A stretch of 64,000 nucleotides of DNA from an uncultured virus (IMG/VR IMGVR_UViG_3300010158_000052). Taxonomy: Duplodnaviria; Heunggongvirae; Uroviricota; Caudoviricetes. This document shows, one piece after another, positions 1 through 9,685 of the stretch; the first letter of the stretch is position 1; every line of letters starts with the position of its first letter. The notes under the pieces were generated by a model, which saw only the letters and a list, made by a program, of their open reading frames with translations, searched no databases and was not told the origin of the DNA. The translations under genes were made by a program, and so were the position numbers. The DNA is taken from the IMG/VR virus record IMGVR_UViG_3300010158_000052; one strand, given 5' to 3'.

Positions 1-3000
1 GATGGCTCTGCGGATGTCGCTGTTCCTCTTACTCTTGCCTCAACTGGTGTTGGGGCGGGAACATATGGTAATGCGTCTCACTATGCATCAGTAACAGTTG
101 ATGCCAAAGGACGGGTAACTGCTGCCGCTAATATTGCCGCTGCTGTCACTGGTGTAACAACCTTTAATACTCGATCTGGTGCAGTAACTTTAACCTCTGC
201 TGATGTTACTACTGCTCTTGGCGCAACACCAATTTTTGCTACAACACAAGCAACGTTTTCAAATACAATTACTTTTGCAAATACAGTAATGATATCGAAT
301 ACTCTTACTGTTAATAGTGCATTTACACTAAATGGCGCTTCGTTAACTGTAAATGTTGGTAGTATTTCTGTTATTAGTGGAGATGTCAGTTCAAGGGACG
401 TAACTTCCAGTAGAACAATTTTGGCTGCTGCTATTACTGCAAATGGAAGTGTATCAGTTGGTAATGCTACTGTCAATACTACAATAACTTCCAACTCTGT
501 CACTGGAACTATTACTATTAATGGTACTGGTGGTTCTTCAACTATCAATGCTACTTCATTCAGCGGAACTTCTGCTAATGCTACACTATTAAATGGACAG
601 AATGGTGCTTACTATACCAACGCCGACAATATCAGCAGCGGTACATTAGTAACTGCAAGACTTCCTGCTACTATCAATGTCGCAACTGGATTTAATATCA
701 GTACTATCAACGCCACTTCTAATGGTGTGACATCAAACTCATCCACAATTACTATTGGTAATGCTAGTATCTTTACAACACTCACTCCAACAGCATTTAG
801 TGGTCTTGCGGCTAGTGCAACAACTTCTGCTCAGTTAGGCGGAAACCTTCCTTCATACTATACCAACGCTACAAATATTGTTGCTGGAACCTTGGGAACT
901 GTATATCTTCCAGCATCAATCAATATTGCTACTTCTTTCGCTGTGGGAAACGCAACAGTCAATACTGCAATAACTGCCAACACTGTTACTCCAACAATTA
1001 CCATTACTGGTACTGGCGCTACTGGCACTATCAACTCTACAGCATTCTCTGGAACATCAAATAACTCAACCAATTTTGGCGGATTATCTCTAGCTGTTGT
1101 TCAAGGAAATGCTGCTTCTAATGCCGCAACCGCATATACTAATGCTGTTTCGGTTGCTGCTTCTGATGCAACTTCCAAAGCTGCCACAGCATATAGTAAT
1201 GCGACAGCCTTTGTTACGGCTGGCGGATATACAATAGCTGCTAATGTTGTATTAGTTGGTAACACCACAGCAGTTCTATCGGTTGGTAATACTACAACGT
1301 CAAACGTAATTGCCAACTCAACAACTATATCATTTGTTAATGCTACTGCAACTGCAACAGTTAACTCTACTGTTTATTCTGGTACTTCTAGTAATGCTAC
1401 AAATCTTAATGGACAGGCTGCGGCTTATTATACCAATGCAACAAACATTGCAACTGGTACTTTACCAGCAGCCCGATTGCCAGCATTAGCCTTCGCAAAC
1501 TCTACTAACGGATTAGGTATTAGTGGTCTTGCGGCCACTGCAACTGATGCTGCTCAGTTGGGCGGAAACCTCCCAGCATACTATACTAATGCAACAAACA
1601 TTACGGCTGGTACTTTACCAGCAGCCCAGCTACCTTCTACTACAGTAAACACCTCTGGTACATTTACATTAACTGGCGTTCATACATATGCTGCTAATGT
1701 TGTATTAGTTGGTAACACCACAGCAGTTCTATCGGTTGGTAATACTACAACGTCAAACGTAATTGCCAACTCAACAACTATATCGTTTGTTAATACTACA
1801 GCAACAGCAACAGTCAATAGTACTGTTTATTCTGGTACTTCTAGTAATGCTGCAAATCTTAACGGACAAGCTGCGTCTTATTATACCAACGCTACAAACA
1901 TTGCAACTGGTACTTTACCAGCAGCCCAGTTACCAGCATTATCATTTGCAAACTCAACTAATGGATTAGGAATCAACGGTACAGCTACAAATGCTACTAA
2001 CGCTGCAAATGCCGCATTATTAAACAGCCAAAACGGCGCATACTATACAAATGCAACAAACATTGCAACTGGAACATTACCAGCAGCCCAGTTACCAGCA
2101 TTAGGATTTGCTAATGCTACCAATGGTCTTGCTATTAGTGGTCTTGCTGCTACTGCAACTAATGCTGCTCAGTTGGGCGGAAACCTTCCAGCATTCTATA
2201 CCAATGCAACAAACATTGCAACTGGAACATTACCAGAAACACAATTACCAGCATTAGGATTTGCTAATTCTACTAACGGATTAGGAATTAGTGGTCTTGC
2301 AGCCACTGCAACAAATGCTGCTAATGCCGCTCTATTAAACAGCCAAAACGGTGCATATTATACCAATGCAACAAACATTGCAACTGGTACTTTACCAGCA
2401 GCACAGTTACCAGCATTAGGATTTGCTAATTCTACTAACGGATTAGGAATTAATGGTACAGCTACAAATGCTACCAACGCTGCTAATGCCGCTCTATTGA
2501 ACAGTCAAAACGGTGCATATTATACCAACGCTACCAATATTGCAACTGGAACATTACCAGCAGCGCAATTACCCTCTACTACGGTAAATACTTCTGGAGC
2601 ATTTACTCTTACAGGCGTGTTGACATATAGTGCTAATATTGTCATGTCAAATAACGTTGTTGAAAGTCCTAAACTTAAAGCATACAAAGAATTTGTTAAT
2701 ACTTTAAGTATATCTACAACTACTCAAACTTTAGATTTGTCTACAACAAACATATACAATCTAACATTGGCAAATGCATCCATTACGTTAACATTTAGTA
2801 ATCCTCCAGCAACAGGAAATGCTTATACGCTTACAATTCTTGCTAAACAGGATGCTACTGGCTCTAGAGTTATAACTTTCCCTGCATCCGTAAAATGGCC
2901 AAATTCAGTTACACCAACTCTATCTACTACTGCAAATAAAACTGATATATTATCATTCTTTACGGTCGATGGCGGTACAAATTATTTTGCTGGCGTTGCT

Positions 3001-3018
3001 TTATCGAATACTGGTTAA
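1..3018 (+). CDS. Long tail fibre-like virion protein (5'-truncated by the window)
   Basis: Frame is open from base 1 (DGSADVAVP...VTVDAKGRVT, a common fibre motif). Ala/Thr/Asn-rich, with 9 YYTNATNIATGTLP-type repeats and a C-terminal QDATGSR..WP..TPTLS..DIL fibre-tip motif. Confidence 0.8.
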   Translation, partial: DGSADVAVPLTLASTGVGAGTYGNASHYASVTVDAKGRVTAAANIAAAVTGVTTFNTRSGAVTLTSADVTTALGATPIFATTQATFSNTITFANTVMISNTLTVNSAFTLNGASLTVNVGSISVISGDVSSRDVTSSRTILAAAITANGSVSVGNATVNTTITSNSVTGTITINGTGGSSTINATSFSGTSANATLLNGQNGAYYTNADNISSGTLVTARLPATINVATGFNISTINATSNGVTSNSSTITIGNASIFTTLTPTAFSGLAASATTSAQLGGNLPSYYTNATNIVAGTLGTVYLPASINIATSFAVGNATVNTAITANTVTPTITITGTGATGTINSTAFSGTSNNSTNFGGLSLAVVQGNAASNAATAYTNAVSVAASDATSKAATAYSNATAFVTAGGYTIAANVVLVGNTTAVLSVGNTTTSNVIANSTTISFVNATATATVNSTVYSGTSSNATNLNGQAAAYYTNATNIATGTLPAARLPALAFANSTNGLGISGLAATATDAAQLGGNLPAYYTNATNITAGTLPAAQLPSTTVNTSGTFTLTGVHTYAANVVLVGNTTAVLSVGNTTTSNVIANSTTISFVNTTATATVNSTVYSGTSSNAANLNGQAASYYTNATNIATGTLPAAQLPALSFANSTNGLGINGTATNATNAANAALLNSQNGAYYTNATNIATGTLPAAQLPALGFANATNGLAISGLAATATNAAQLGGNLPAFYTNATNIATGTLPETQLPALGFANSTNGLGISGLAATATNAANAALLNSQNGAYYTNATNIATGTLPAAQLPALGFANSTNGLGINGTATNATNAANAALLNSQNGAYYTNATNIATGTLPAAQLPSTTVNTSGAFTLTGVLTYSANIVMSNNVVESPKLKAYKEFVNTLSISTTTQTLDLSTTNIYNLTLANASITLTFSNPPATGNAYTLTILAKQDATGSRVITFPASVKWPNSVTPTLSTTANKTDILSFFTVDGGTNYFAGVALSNTG
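607..2580 (+). repeat. Intragenic repeats of the tail fibre (9 YYTNAxNI units, plus an exact ~95 bp duplication at 1237-1331 and 1690-1784)
   Basis: Visible directly in DNA and protein. Confidence 0.85.
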
Positions 3019-3036
3019 TAAAAGAAAGGAGACAAA

Positions 3037-3378
3037 ATGGCTATTATTAAAATTGACGACATTTACTTGTATACAGATATACAAGAAGAAAAAAACGAAC
3101 AGACTGAAAGTGTAGATGCTAAAGCGTTTATGAACAGTCTTGACATAAAATATACAAATTTAAATTATCCTATACCAGAAGAACATCATTTAAACTTTGT
3201 TCCGTTGGGAACATGGGTGTTTGCTGATGGACAACATGTATTTGAAAAATTTCCATTTGTCATTTATACTGAAATACATGACGACCTTTCTCCTGCTTAT
3301 TATCCAAGAGTTCTTTTGTATGGATTAAATGAAATTAAAGATTCCAATCTACTAGAACTTTATGCGTTAGGAAGATAA
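3037..3378 (+). CDS. Hypothetical protein, possibly a degenerate glutaredoxin-like fold
   Basis: Strong SD AAGGAG; FEKFPFV resembles the Grx cis-Pro loop; no CxxC. Confidence 0.55.
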   Translation: MAIIKIDDIYLYTDIQEEKNEQTESVDAKAFMNSLDIKYTNLNYPIPEEHHLNFVPLGTWVFADGQHVFEKFPFVIYTEIHDDLSPAYYPRVLLYGLNEIKDSNLLELYALGR

Positions 3379-3379
3379 T

Positions 3380-4843
3380 ATGCCTCTTGGCCACTTTATA
3401 TCTAAACCCGCTCCAGGATCAACAGTAATAAATGCTTCAGGAAATTTTACAGTTCCTGCTGGCATTTATAGATTATCTGTAACTGGTAGAGGCGGTCAAG
3501 GAAATGCAGGAACTGCTGGTAATCCAGGAACTGCTGGAAATATTGGTGGATCGGGAAATCCTGGAACTGCTGGAAATATTGGTGGTTCTGGCAATCCTGG
3601 AAATAGAAGTACTGGTAACGCTGGTAATCCAGGAACTGTCGGTAATGCTGGAACTGCTGGTAATAATGGCGTTAGAGGCAATGCTGGTACTGGTGGTGCT
3701 GGAGGCAATGGTGGCGGAGCTGGTCCTGGATATACTAGTGCCGCCGTTCCAGGTGGCACGGCTGGTAATCCAGGAGGATCAGCAGGTCAAGGAAACGCTG
3801 GAGGAGGAACAGGTGGAGCAGGAGGAAGTCCAGGAGGAGGCGCAGGAGGTGCTGGCGGTGTTTTTAGCTTTAAAGGACCAACCTCTTATGGTGGCGGCGG
3901 TGGTGGCGGCGGATCGGGTACAGCAGGAAATGCTGGAGGCGCTGCCACACCAGGTACTGATGGTACTCCAGGAACTGGCGCTGCTTCTGGAACTGCTGGA
4001 AATGCTGGAACAGGCGCTGCTGATGGAACTGTTGGAAATCCAGGAACAGGTGCTGCTAATGGAAACGTAGGAAATGCAGGTACAGGTGCTGCCGTTGGAA
4101 CTGCTGGTCCTGCTGGTAATGCTGGTAATGCTTCTGTATTTGGAGCATCCAATTTTTCTGGAGGAACAGGGGGAACTGGAGGCAACGCAGGAACTATTGG
4201 CAATAATGGCGGCGGTGGCGCTGCTGGTACTGCAACAAATGGTAATGGCGGTACTGCTGGAACCACTGGTACAAATGGTACTGGAGGCGCTGCTGGTACT
4301 GCAACAAACGCTACAGGCGGATCAGCAGGTAATGTAGGATTGACTGCTGGAAATGCTGGCGGACAAGGCGGCGGTGGCGGAGGCGGTGGCGGAGGTTTCA
4401 ACAATACAGTTGACGGAATCAATGGAACCGCTGGCACTACATATAGTGGAAATGGAGGAAATGCTGGAGTAAAAGGATTTTATAATTCTACTAACGGTAC
4501 AACTACAGCAGCGACTGCGGGTGGTGCTGGTAACACGGGTGCAGCGGGTAATATTGGCGCAAATGGTACAGGAGCAACTGCCGCTAATCCTTCAGTAGCT
4601 AATCCTGGCGGCGCAGGAAACGCTGGTACAGCGGGAGGTCCTGGTGGCGCAGGAAACCCATCAGTAGCTAATGCTGGCGGAGCAGGTAATCCTGGCGCAG
4701 CGGGTGGTCCTGGAGGAGCAGGAGGCACTGGTGGCACTGCTCCAACAAATAACGTTTCAGTAGATGTTCGTCCGTATCAAATAATTGCAGTTACTATAGG
4801 CTCTGGAGGATCAGCAGGACAAATTACGGCTGCTTGGTCTTAA
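3380..4843 (+). CDS. Gly-rich (GxxGxx) virion protein, possible receptor-binding adhesin
   Basis: N-terminal FTVPAGIYRLSVTGRGG and C-terminal VTIGSGG flank long GNAGTAGNPG triplet repeats and polyglycine runs. Confidence 0.7.
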   Translation: MPLGHFISKPAPGSTVINASGNFTVPAGIYRLSVTGRGGQGNAGTAGNPGTAGNIGGSGNPGTAGNIGGSGNPGNRSTGNAGNPGTVGNAGTAGNNGVRGNAGTGGAGGNGGGAGPGYTSAAVPGGTAGNPGGSAGQGNAGGGTGGAGGSPGGGAGGAGGVFSFKGPTSYGGGGGGGGSGTAGNAGGAATPGTDGTPGTGAASGTAGNAGTGAADGTVGNPGTGAANGNVGNAGTGAAVGTAGPAGNAGNASVFGASNFSGGTGGTGGNAGTIGNNGGGGAAGTATNGNGGTAGTTGTNGTGGAAGTATNATGGSAGNVGLTAGNAGGQGGGGGGGGGGFNNTVDGINGTAGTTYSGNGGNAGVKGFYNSTNGTTTAATAGGAGNTGAAGNIGANGTGATAANPSVANPGGAGNAGTAGGPGGAGNPSVANAGGAGNPGAAGGPGGAGGTGGTAPTNNVSVDVRPYQIIAVTIGSGGSAGQITAAWS

Positions 4844-5040
4844 TGGATTATGTCAGACTGCGATGTGTTATGGCATGTTTCGACAAATTACCACAGTACC
4901 AGAGAGATTGGATAAATAATAATACCCAATTGAATTTGCACGATGATCATATACTTCGAGGAAAAAAAGAAGTAGATCGTTGCATACAAGAGGTAAATGA
5001 AGGCAATATATATTATAAGGCTGGCAATAACCAAAATTAG
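4843..5040 (+). CDS. Small hypothetical protein
   Basis: ATG overlaps the upstream stop (TAATG). Confidence 0.55.
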   Translation: MDYVRLRCVMACFDKLPQYQRDWINNNTQLNLHDDHILRGKKEVDRCIQEVNEGNIYYKAGNNQN

Positions 5041-5054
5041 TGAGAAAATATAAT

Positions 5055-5777
5055 ATGTTTAAAAGTGTGTTTAAAAATGATGAAATTGAATTTTTATGTT
5101 CTAAAGAAGATTTTGGAGTAATACCTGCTCCATATCCTTCAGGAAAACATATCCCAGATTGGTTTAAGGCATTGCCTCCAAAAACTGGTAATAAAGGTTT
5201 CCAAACAGGCACTATCAAAAGATGTATGCCATTCTTAGATTCTATGCTGCTGGGATATATAATTCCGTTGGCAGCAGACGTTCAATTTGTAGTAAATGAG
5301 GAGTGTTCTGGTTTAACATATGAATCTAAATTCTATAAGCCAATGGTAGAAAATCATAACAAAGAACAAATTTCATCTGAAAAATCTCCAAATCCTTTGG
5401 ACCCTAAGCCTCCAATGAAATTTTTAAATTATTGGATGATTAAAACTCCACCAGAATATTCATTAATTTTCTTGCCTCCTTTGAATAGGTATGATCCTAG
5501 ATTTACATGTATGTCAGGAACAGTAGATTATCCATACTATGGTGAAGAGTATGTAAACTTTCCCTTCACATTCAATCAACCAAATTTTTCTGGATTGATT
5601 GAAGCTGGTACTCCATTAGTTCAAGTCATTCCTATTAAAAAAGATAATTTGTTGACATCTCATAGAAGCAGAGAATTTAACGACAAAGAAATTTCTGCTA
5701 CAGGAAAAGTAAGAACAATTAGAAATAGTGTACATGAATCTCTTTATAGAGATAATTTACACAAGAAGATAAAGTAA
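5055..5777 (+). CDS. Conserved phage hypothetical protein (DUF6065-like, tentative)
   Basis: IPDWFK, IKRCMPFLD and GTPLVQVIP motifs, typical of a family found beside phage 2OG oxygenases. Confidence 0.6.
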   Translation: MFKSVFKNDEIEFLCSKEDFGVIPAPYPSGKHIPDWFKALPPKTGNKGFQTGTIKRCMPFLDSMLLGYIIPLAADVQFVVNEECSGLTYESKFYKPMVENHNKEQISSEKSPNPLDPKPPMKFLNYWMIKTPPEYSLIFLPPLNRYDPRFTCMSGTVDYPYYGEEYVNFPFTFNQPNFSGLIEAGTPLVQVIPIKKDNLLTSHRSREFNDKEISATGKVRTIRNSVHESLYRDNLHKKIK

Positions 5778-6382
5778 TGTCTGTATATAATTTTACGCCA
5801 ATGCCTCCTACGATAGATGATCACCATTCTTACGTTACGTGGGAAAATGGGTTTACTGAAAAAGAACTTGATACTATAGAAGCATACTGTGAAGAAAACC
5901 TTAAACAAAATAAAGCTACTGTTGGAAATCCTAATAATGATGAAGATATTTCTAAAATAAGAAAGTCGAAAACAGCGTGGATTGTTAATAATGAAGAAAC
6001 TGGCTGGTTTTATGATAGAATGGCTTGGATAACTAGAAAACTCAATAGTCAGTTTTATAAATTTGATTTATATGGTTTTGTTGAAGATTTTCAATATACT
6101 GTATATGATGGAGAAGAAAATGGTCACTATGATTATCATATAGATTGTGGACCAACTGATATTTCTCCAAGAAAATTTAGTATTGTTTTACAATTATCAG
6201 ATTCTACACAATATACTGGCGGTGAATTACAAATACTAGCTGGAACTTCTCCAGATTCTATTCCTAAAATTAGAGGATTAGTTTGCGGATTTCCATCTTT
6301 TAGATTACATAGAGTAACGCCAGTAACTTCTGGAATAAGAAAAACAATAGTTATATGGGTTTCTGGACCAGCATTTAAATAA
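5777..6382 (+). CDS. 2OG-Fe(II) oxygenase (prolyl-4-hydroxylase/PKHD-like)
   Basis: YDYHID (HxD), RKFSIVLQLS, YTGGEL, FPSFRLHRVTPVTSGIRK. Confidence 0.9.
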   Translation: MSVYNFTPMPPTIDDHHSYVTWENGFTEKELDTIEAYCEENLKQNKATVGNPNNDEDISKIRKSKTAWIVNNEETGWFYDRMAWITRKLNSQFYKFDLYGFVEDFQYTVYDGEENGHYDYHIDCGPTDISPRKFSIVLQLSDSTQYTGGELQILAGTSPDSIPKIRGLVCGFPSFRLHRVTPVTSGIRKTIVIWVSGPAFK

Positions 6383-6416
6383 CTAAATATAGAAACAAAT
6401 ACCAATAGAGGAAATC

Positions 6417-6752
6417 ATGGAAAATTACATCTATAAGATACTAAGTGTAGACCCTATAAATCATCAAATGGTTGTAGAATATTCTCCAACTACAGAAGGA
6501 TTATATAGGATTTCATTAAATATAACTGCTCCAGAAGATTTTGATAATATATCTGAATATGTAGATCGATTTGCCCCACAAGATAAATGGGAAAAACAAA
6601 AAAATCCTAGTGATCTATCTTCATTGGTAGGACAAACAGGAGAGGTTGTGTCTGGAGATGTTTCAATTAATACTGTTAATATTTATTACGAAATGATGAA
6701 AGCATCTGAAAATGCATTTAATGTAGAACAAGAAAATACAGGAATATTATAA
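6417..6752 (+). CDS. Hypothetical protein, paralog of 8743-9012
   Basis: Late promoter CTAAATA at 6383; shares MVVEYSP and FAPQDxWEK with 8743-9012. Confidence 0.7.
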   Translation: MENYIYKILSVDPINHQMVVEYSPTTEGLYRISLNITAPEDFDNISEYVDRFAPQDKWEKQKNPSDLSSLVGQTGEVVSGDVSINTVNIYYEMMKASENAFNVEQENTGIL

Positions 6753-7297
6753 TGGCAGACCCAATACTTTATGCTAATTTTCAAAATACGGAATTTCCAG
6801 CATTCAACGTAATCTACGGAACTATCATTAAAGATACTACTTGGTTTGATGGTCCTGTGCCTGAGTGGGTTCCAAAATATACAGATTCTCCTAATGAATT
6901 TTTATACTTTCAGCCTGGTATATTCTTGGTAACTCAAGGAAGTGTAAAAGTTCAAACTAGCAAACTAGATGATTATATCTTCACTAAAGGTCAAGGCTTG
7001 TCTTCTTCTAGAATGTCAGGTAGATATAGAATGTCTTCTTTGGAAGACAACACCTCTATAGTTTGTATGATGCCTAAAAATAAAATAATCTACAATAGGT
7101 CTCTTATCAATTTAAATGCCAATGAAGAGTATACACTAGAAGCACAAAATACCAATGTGTATTATTTTGTTGCTAGTGGTAAGATATTAATAAATGGTGT
7201 TGAAAAATCTCAAACAAATATGATAAATGTTGAAGCCAATATTCCTGTAACTATACAAGCTATGGAAGATAGTTACGTATTAAAAATTTGGAAATAA
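6752..7297 (+). CDS. Hypothetical protein, cupin-like
   Basis: Two FLVTQGSVKV / FVASGKILING beta-strand patterns suggest tandem cupin barrels. Confidence 0.5.
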   Translation: MADPILYANFQNTEFPAFNVIYGTIIKDTTWFDGPVPEWVPKYTDSPNEFLYFQPGIFLVTQGSVKVQTSKLDDYIFTKGQGLSSSRMSGRYRMSSLEDNTSIVCMMPKNKIIYNRSLINLNANEEYTLEAQNTNVYYFVASGKILINGVEKSQTNMINVEANIPVTIQAMEDSYVLKIWK

Positions 7298-7301
7298 TAT
7301 T

Positions 7302-8105
7302 ATGAATTTTATTAAAGGATATTATGGTCTACTATTAGCTTGGTGGGATGGTTTGATAGGATTATACTATTCTGTTGTATACCCTAAAACATCTACGGCA
7401 AGACATGCTTTGATGTTATATACTGGAACCTTGTGGCCAACTGGTATGATATTTAAAAAAGAAATGCTTAACGATTTTACAGGAAGACGATTGCTTTTTG
7501 AAAATTCTTGTATATTAGAAAAAAAGTTAGCTAACGTAGAATATATAAAGTCCTTGCCTGATAACACGTTAGGAAAAACTTATTACAATTTTTTAAAAAA
7601 TGAAGTTGGATATAAGTGGGACGACCCTACCTATGTAAATATGCACATATTAAAAAAGACATTTTATCGAACACCAAGAGAAAAAAAGAAAAGAATATTA
7701 ATTAAAAATCTTTACCAATATCATACCAGACAACAAGTTCGGGATGATGGAAAAACATCTATGAGATTTACTGAACAATTTGGATTACAACATGATCTTA
7801 TGCACTCTATAATGGGGTATAAAACTGATGCTAAAGGAGAACTTGGTATACATGTTTTCCACTTCAATCATTTAAAAATACCTGCGGTAAGATTGGTATC
7901 TTTTTTTGGTATAATAGCAGAAACTATTAGAAGTTTAAATCTAAAAGGATTTTTTATAGCTAAAGAAGCATATCTTATAGGAAAGCAAGTCAATACAAAT
8001 CTCTTTATGGTTGATTGGGTTCAACATTTAGAAGATGATGTTGATGAAATTAAAAAAAGATATAACATCAAAGATAATGTATATTATAAGAAAGTTTGTT
8101 GTTAA
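7302..8105 (+). CDS. Coq4-family protein
   Basis: Exact HDxxH-x11-E motif (HDLMHSIMGYKTDAKGE) and LPDNTLGKTYYNF, both characteristic of Coq4. Confidence 0.75.
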   Translation: MNFIKGYYGLLLAWWDGLIGLYYSVVYPKTSTARHALMLYTGTLWPTGMIFKKEMLNDFTGRRLLFENSCILEKKLANVEYIKSLPDNTLGKTYYNFLKNEVGYKWDDPTYVNMHILKKTFYRTPREKKKRILIKNLYQYHTRQQVRDDGKTSMRFTEQFGLQHDLMHSIMGYKTDAKGELGIHVFHFNHLKIPAVRLVSFFGIIAETIRSLNLKGFFIAKEAYLIGKQVNTNLFMVDWVQHLEDDVDEIKKRYNIKDNVYYKKVCC

Positions 8106-8123
8106 TAGCTGAAGAGAAACATT

Positions 8124-8672
8124 ATGATCGAACATGAAAAATATTTTTTAGAAAACAACAAACAAATAGACGTACTTGATGGAGTATTTCCTTTGTCTTT
8201 TAGGATTGCTGCATATGATTTTTGTAGAAATTCTTTATTTAAAATAGGATGGAGCGACTCTATTGTACCAGAAAGAAAGGCTAATGATTTCTTTTTACAT
8301 TCAACATATTCTAGTGATGATTTAAATAATCTTGGAATATTACCTTTTCTAGAAAACAGTGCTGTAAAAGAATTAACAGAAGGTCTCACGTTAGAAAAGA
8401 GTATTTTAAATCTATCTGTTTCCTCTGACGTAAACTACGTACATACTCATCCAGAAAAGAAAGTAGTTTTATACTATGCCAATTTAGATTGGAGAGAAGG
8501 TTGGCACGGAGAAACTCAATTTTATTCTGAAAATTTAAAGAACATTCAATTCTCTACACCATATACACCAGGAAGAGTTATTGTATTTGACGCTGATATA
8601 CCACACACAATAAGACCACAATCGAGTATTGCTACCCAACATCGATTTACATTAGCACTTTGCTATAATTAA
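8124..8672 (+). CDS. 2OG-Fe(II) oxygenase
   Basis: HTH in place of the usual HxD, LYYANLDW..WHGETQFY, PGRVIVFDADIPHTIRP..RFTL. Confidence 0.8.
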   Translation: MIEHEKYFLENNKQIDVLDGVFPLSFRIAAYDFCRNSLFKIGWSDSIVPERKANDFFLHSTYSSDDLNNLGILPFLENSAVKELTEGLTLEKSILNLSVSSDVNYVHTHPEKKVVLYYANLDWREGWHGETQFYSENLKNIQFSTPYTPGRVIVFDADIPHTIRPQSSIATQHRFTLALCYN

Positions 8673-8742
8673 ACATCAGTTTGTCTTCTGATAAATACCT
8701 CGAATGATAAATAACTAAAGACATTTACGCAAAGAGGATACT

Positions 8743-9012
8743 ATGGAAAGATACAACTATACAATAAAAAGTGTTGATACTCAAACTCTAAAAATGGTTG
8801 TTGAGTATTCCCCTGAAGATTCTTCTTTAAATACTGCTACTGTTACTATTCCTGTTCCTGATAGAACAGTTGAAATTGAAGTACACATTAATCTTTTTGC
8901 CCCACAAGATCAATGGGAAAAAGAAAAGTCTGTCCATTCAGATTTGCAGTCTTATATTGGAGTTCAAGGAAATATTGATCCGTTGGCTATAGCCGCATCC
9001 ATTTCTAATTAA
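8743..9012 (+). CDS. Hypothetical protein, paralog of 6417-6752
   Basis: Late promoter ATAAATA at 8707, SD GAGGA. Confidence 0.7.
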   Translation: MERYNYTIKSVDTQTLKMVVEYSPEDSSLNTATVTIPVPDRTVEIEVHINLFAPQDQWEKEKSVHSDLQSYIGVQGNIDPLAIAASISN

Positions 9013-9023
9013 GGAACAATAAC

Positions 9024-9611
9024 ATGGCAACAATTTCAGTAAAAGACGGTAGTGGTAATTTTGTTACAGTTCCTGTTCTTCCATTAGGACAAACATCAGC
9101 CGCTGGGTCAGTTTCTGTTGTTCCTGCTTCTGATGTTGGCGGTATTTCATCTGTAACAGTATCTCCCGCAATAACTTCTATAATTCCTTATGTAACTGGA
9201 AACCAAGTTGGTGGTCTAATGACCTTTTCTAGTGCTGTAAATTCAATCACATATTCTGGTGTTATAGATTCTATTGTTATCAAAAGCAAGTCTATACAAA
9301 CATCTGGATTTAATCTATATCTGTTTAAAACAAATCCAACAAGTTCTACTTGGACAGACAAAATAACACCCGCAATTAATGCCTCTGATATTCCTTATCT
9401 TATTGGCGTATACTCCTTTGATGCAACAGATGATAGCGGATTAGGAACAATAACACTATACCAATCGAGTTCTACACTTGGAAATGGAAATTCTCCAAAG
9501 GCAATTGTATTAACTTCTAGTAATTTATATGGTGTATTAGTAGCAACTGGAACTCCAACTTTTAATTCCACTTCTGATATATCCGTAACCGTTAACATCT
9601 TAAAAAGCTAA
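9024..9611 (+). CDS. Putative virion structural protein
   Basis: S/T/G-rich beta-type sequence in the late cluster; SD AAGGA. Confidence 0.55.
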   Translation: MATISVKDGSGNFVTVPVLPLGQTSAAGSVSVVPASDVGGISSVTVSPAITSIIPYVTGNQVGGLMTFSSAVNSITYSGVIDSIVIKSKSIQTSGFNLYLFKTNPTSSTWTDKITPAINASDIPYLIGVYSFDATDDSGLGTITLYQSSSTLGNGNSPKAIVLTSSNLYGVLVATGTPTFNSTSDISVTVNILKS

Positions 9612-9685
9612 TGATACTCGTATTTGCAAAGTATTTTTCGATCTAAATACGAGTAGATTTTGATATAACCACAAGGACCACACAT

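Noticed and set aside
1237..2580. Repeats as a possible CRISPR array or DGR template
   Set aside because: In-frame coding repeats with no unique spacers; no cas or reverse transcriptase gene in the window.
3496..4737. Pro-rich minus-strand ORFs and Leu/Glu-rich alternative-frame ORFs
   Set aside because: Shadows of the Gly-rich gene's repetitive codons.
9615..9655. 11 bp inverted repeat overlapping a late promoter
   Set aside because: Does not cover an SD; most simply a weak terminator.
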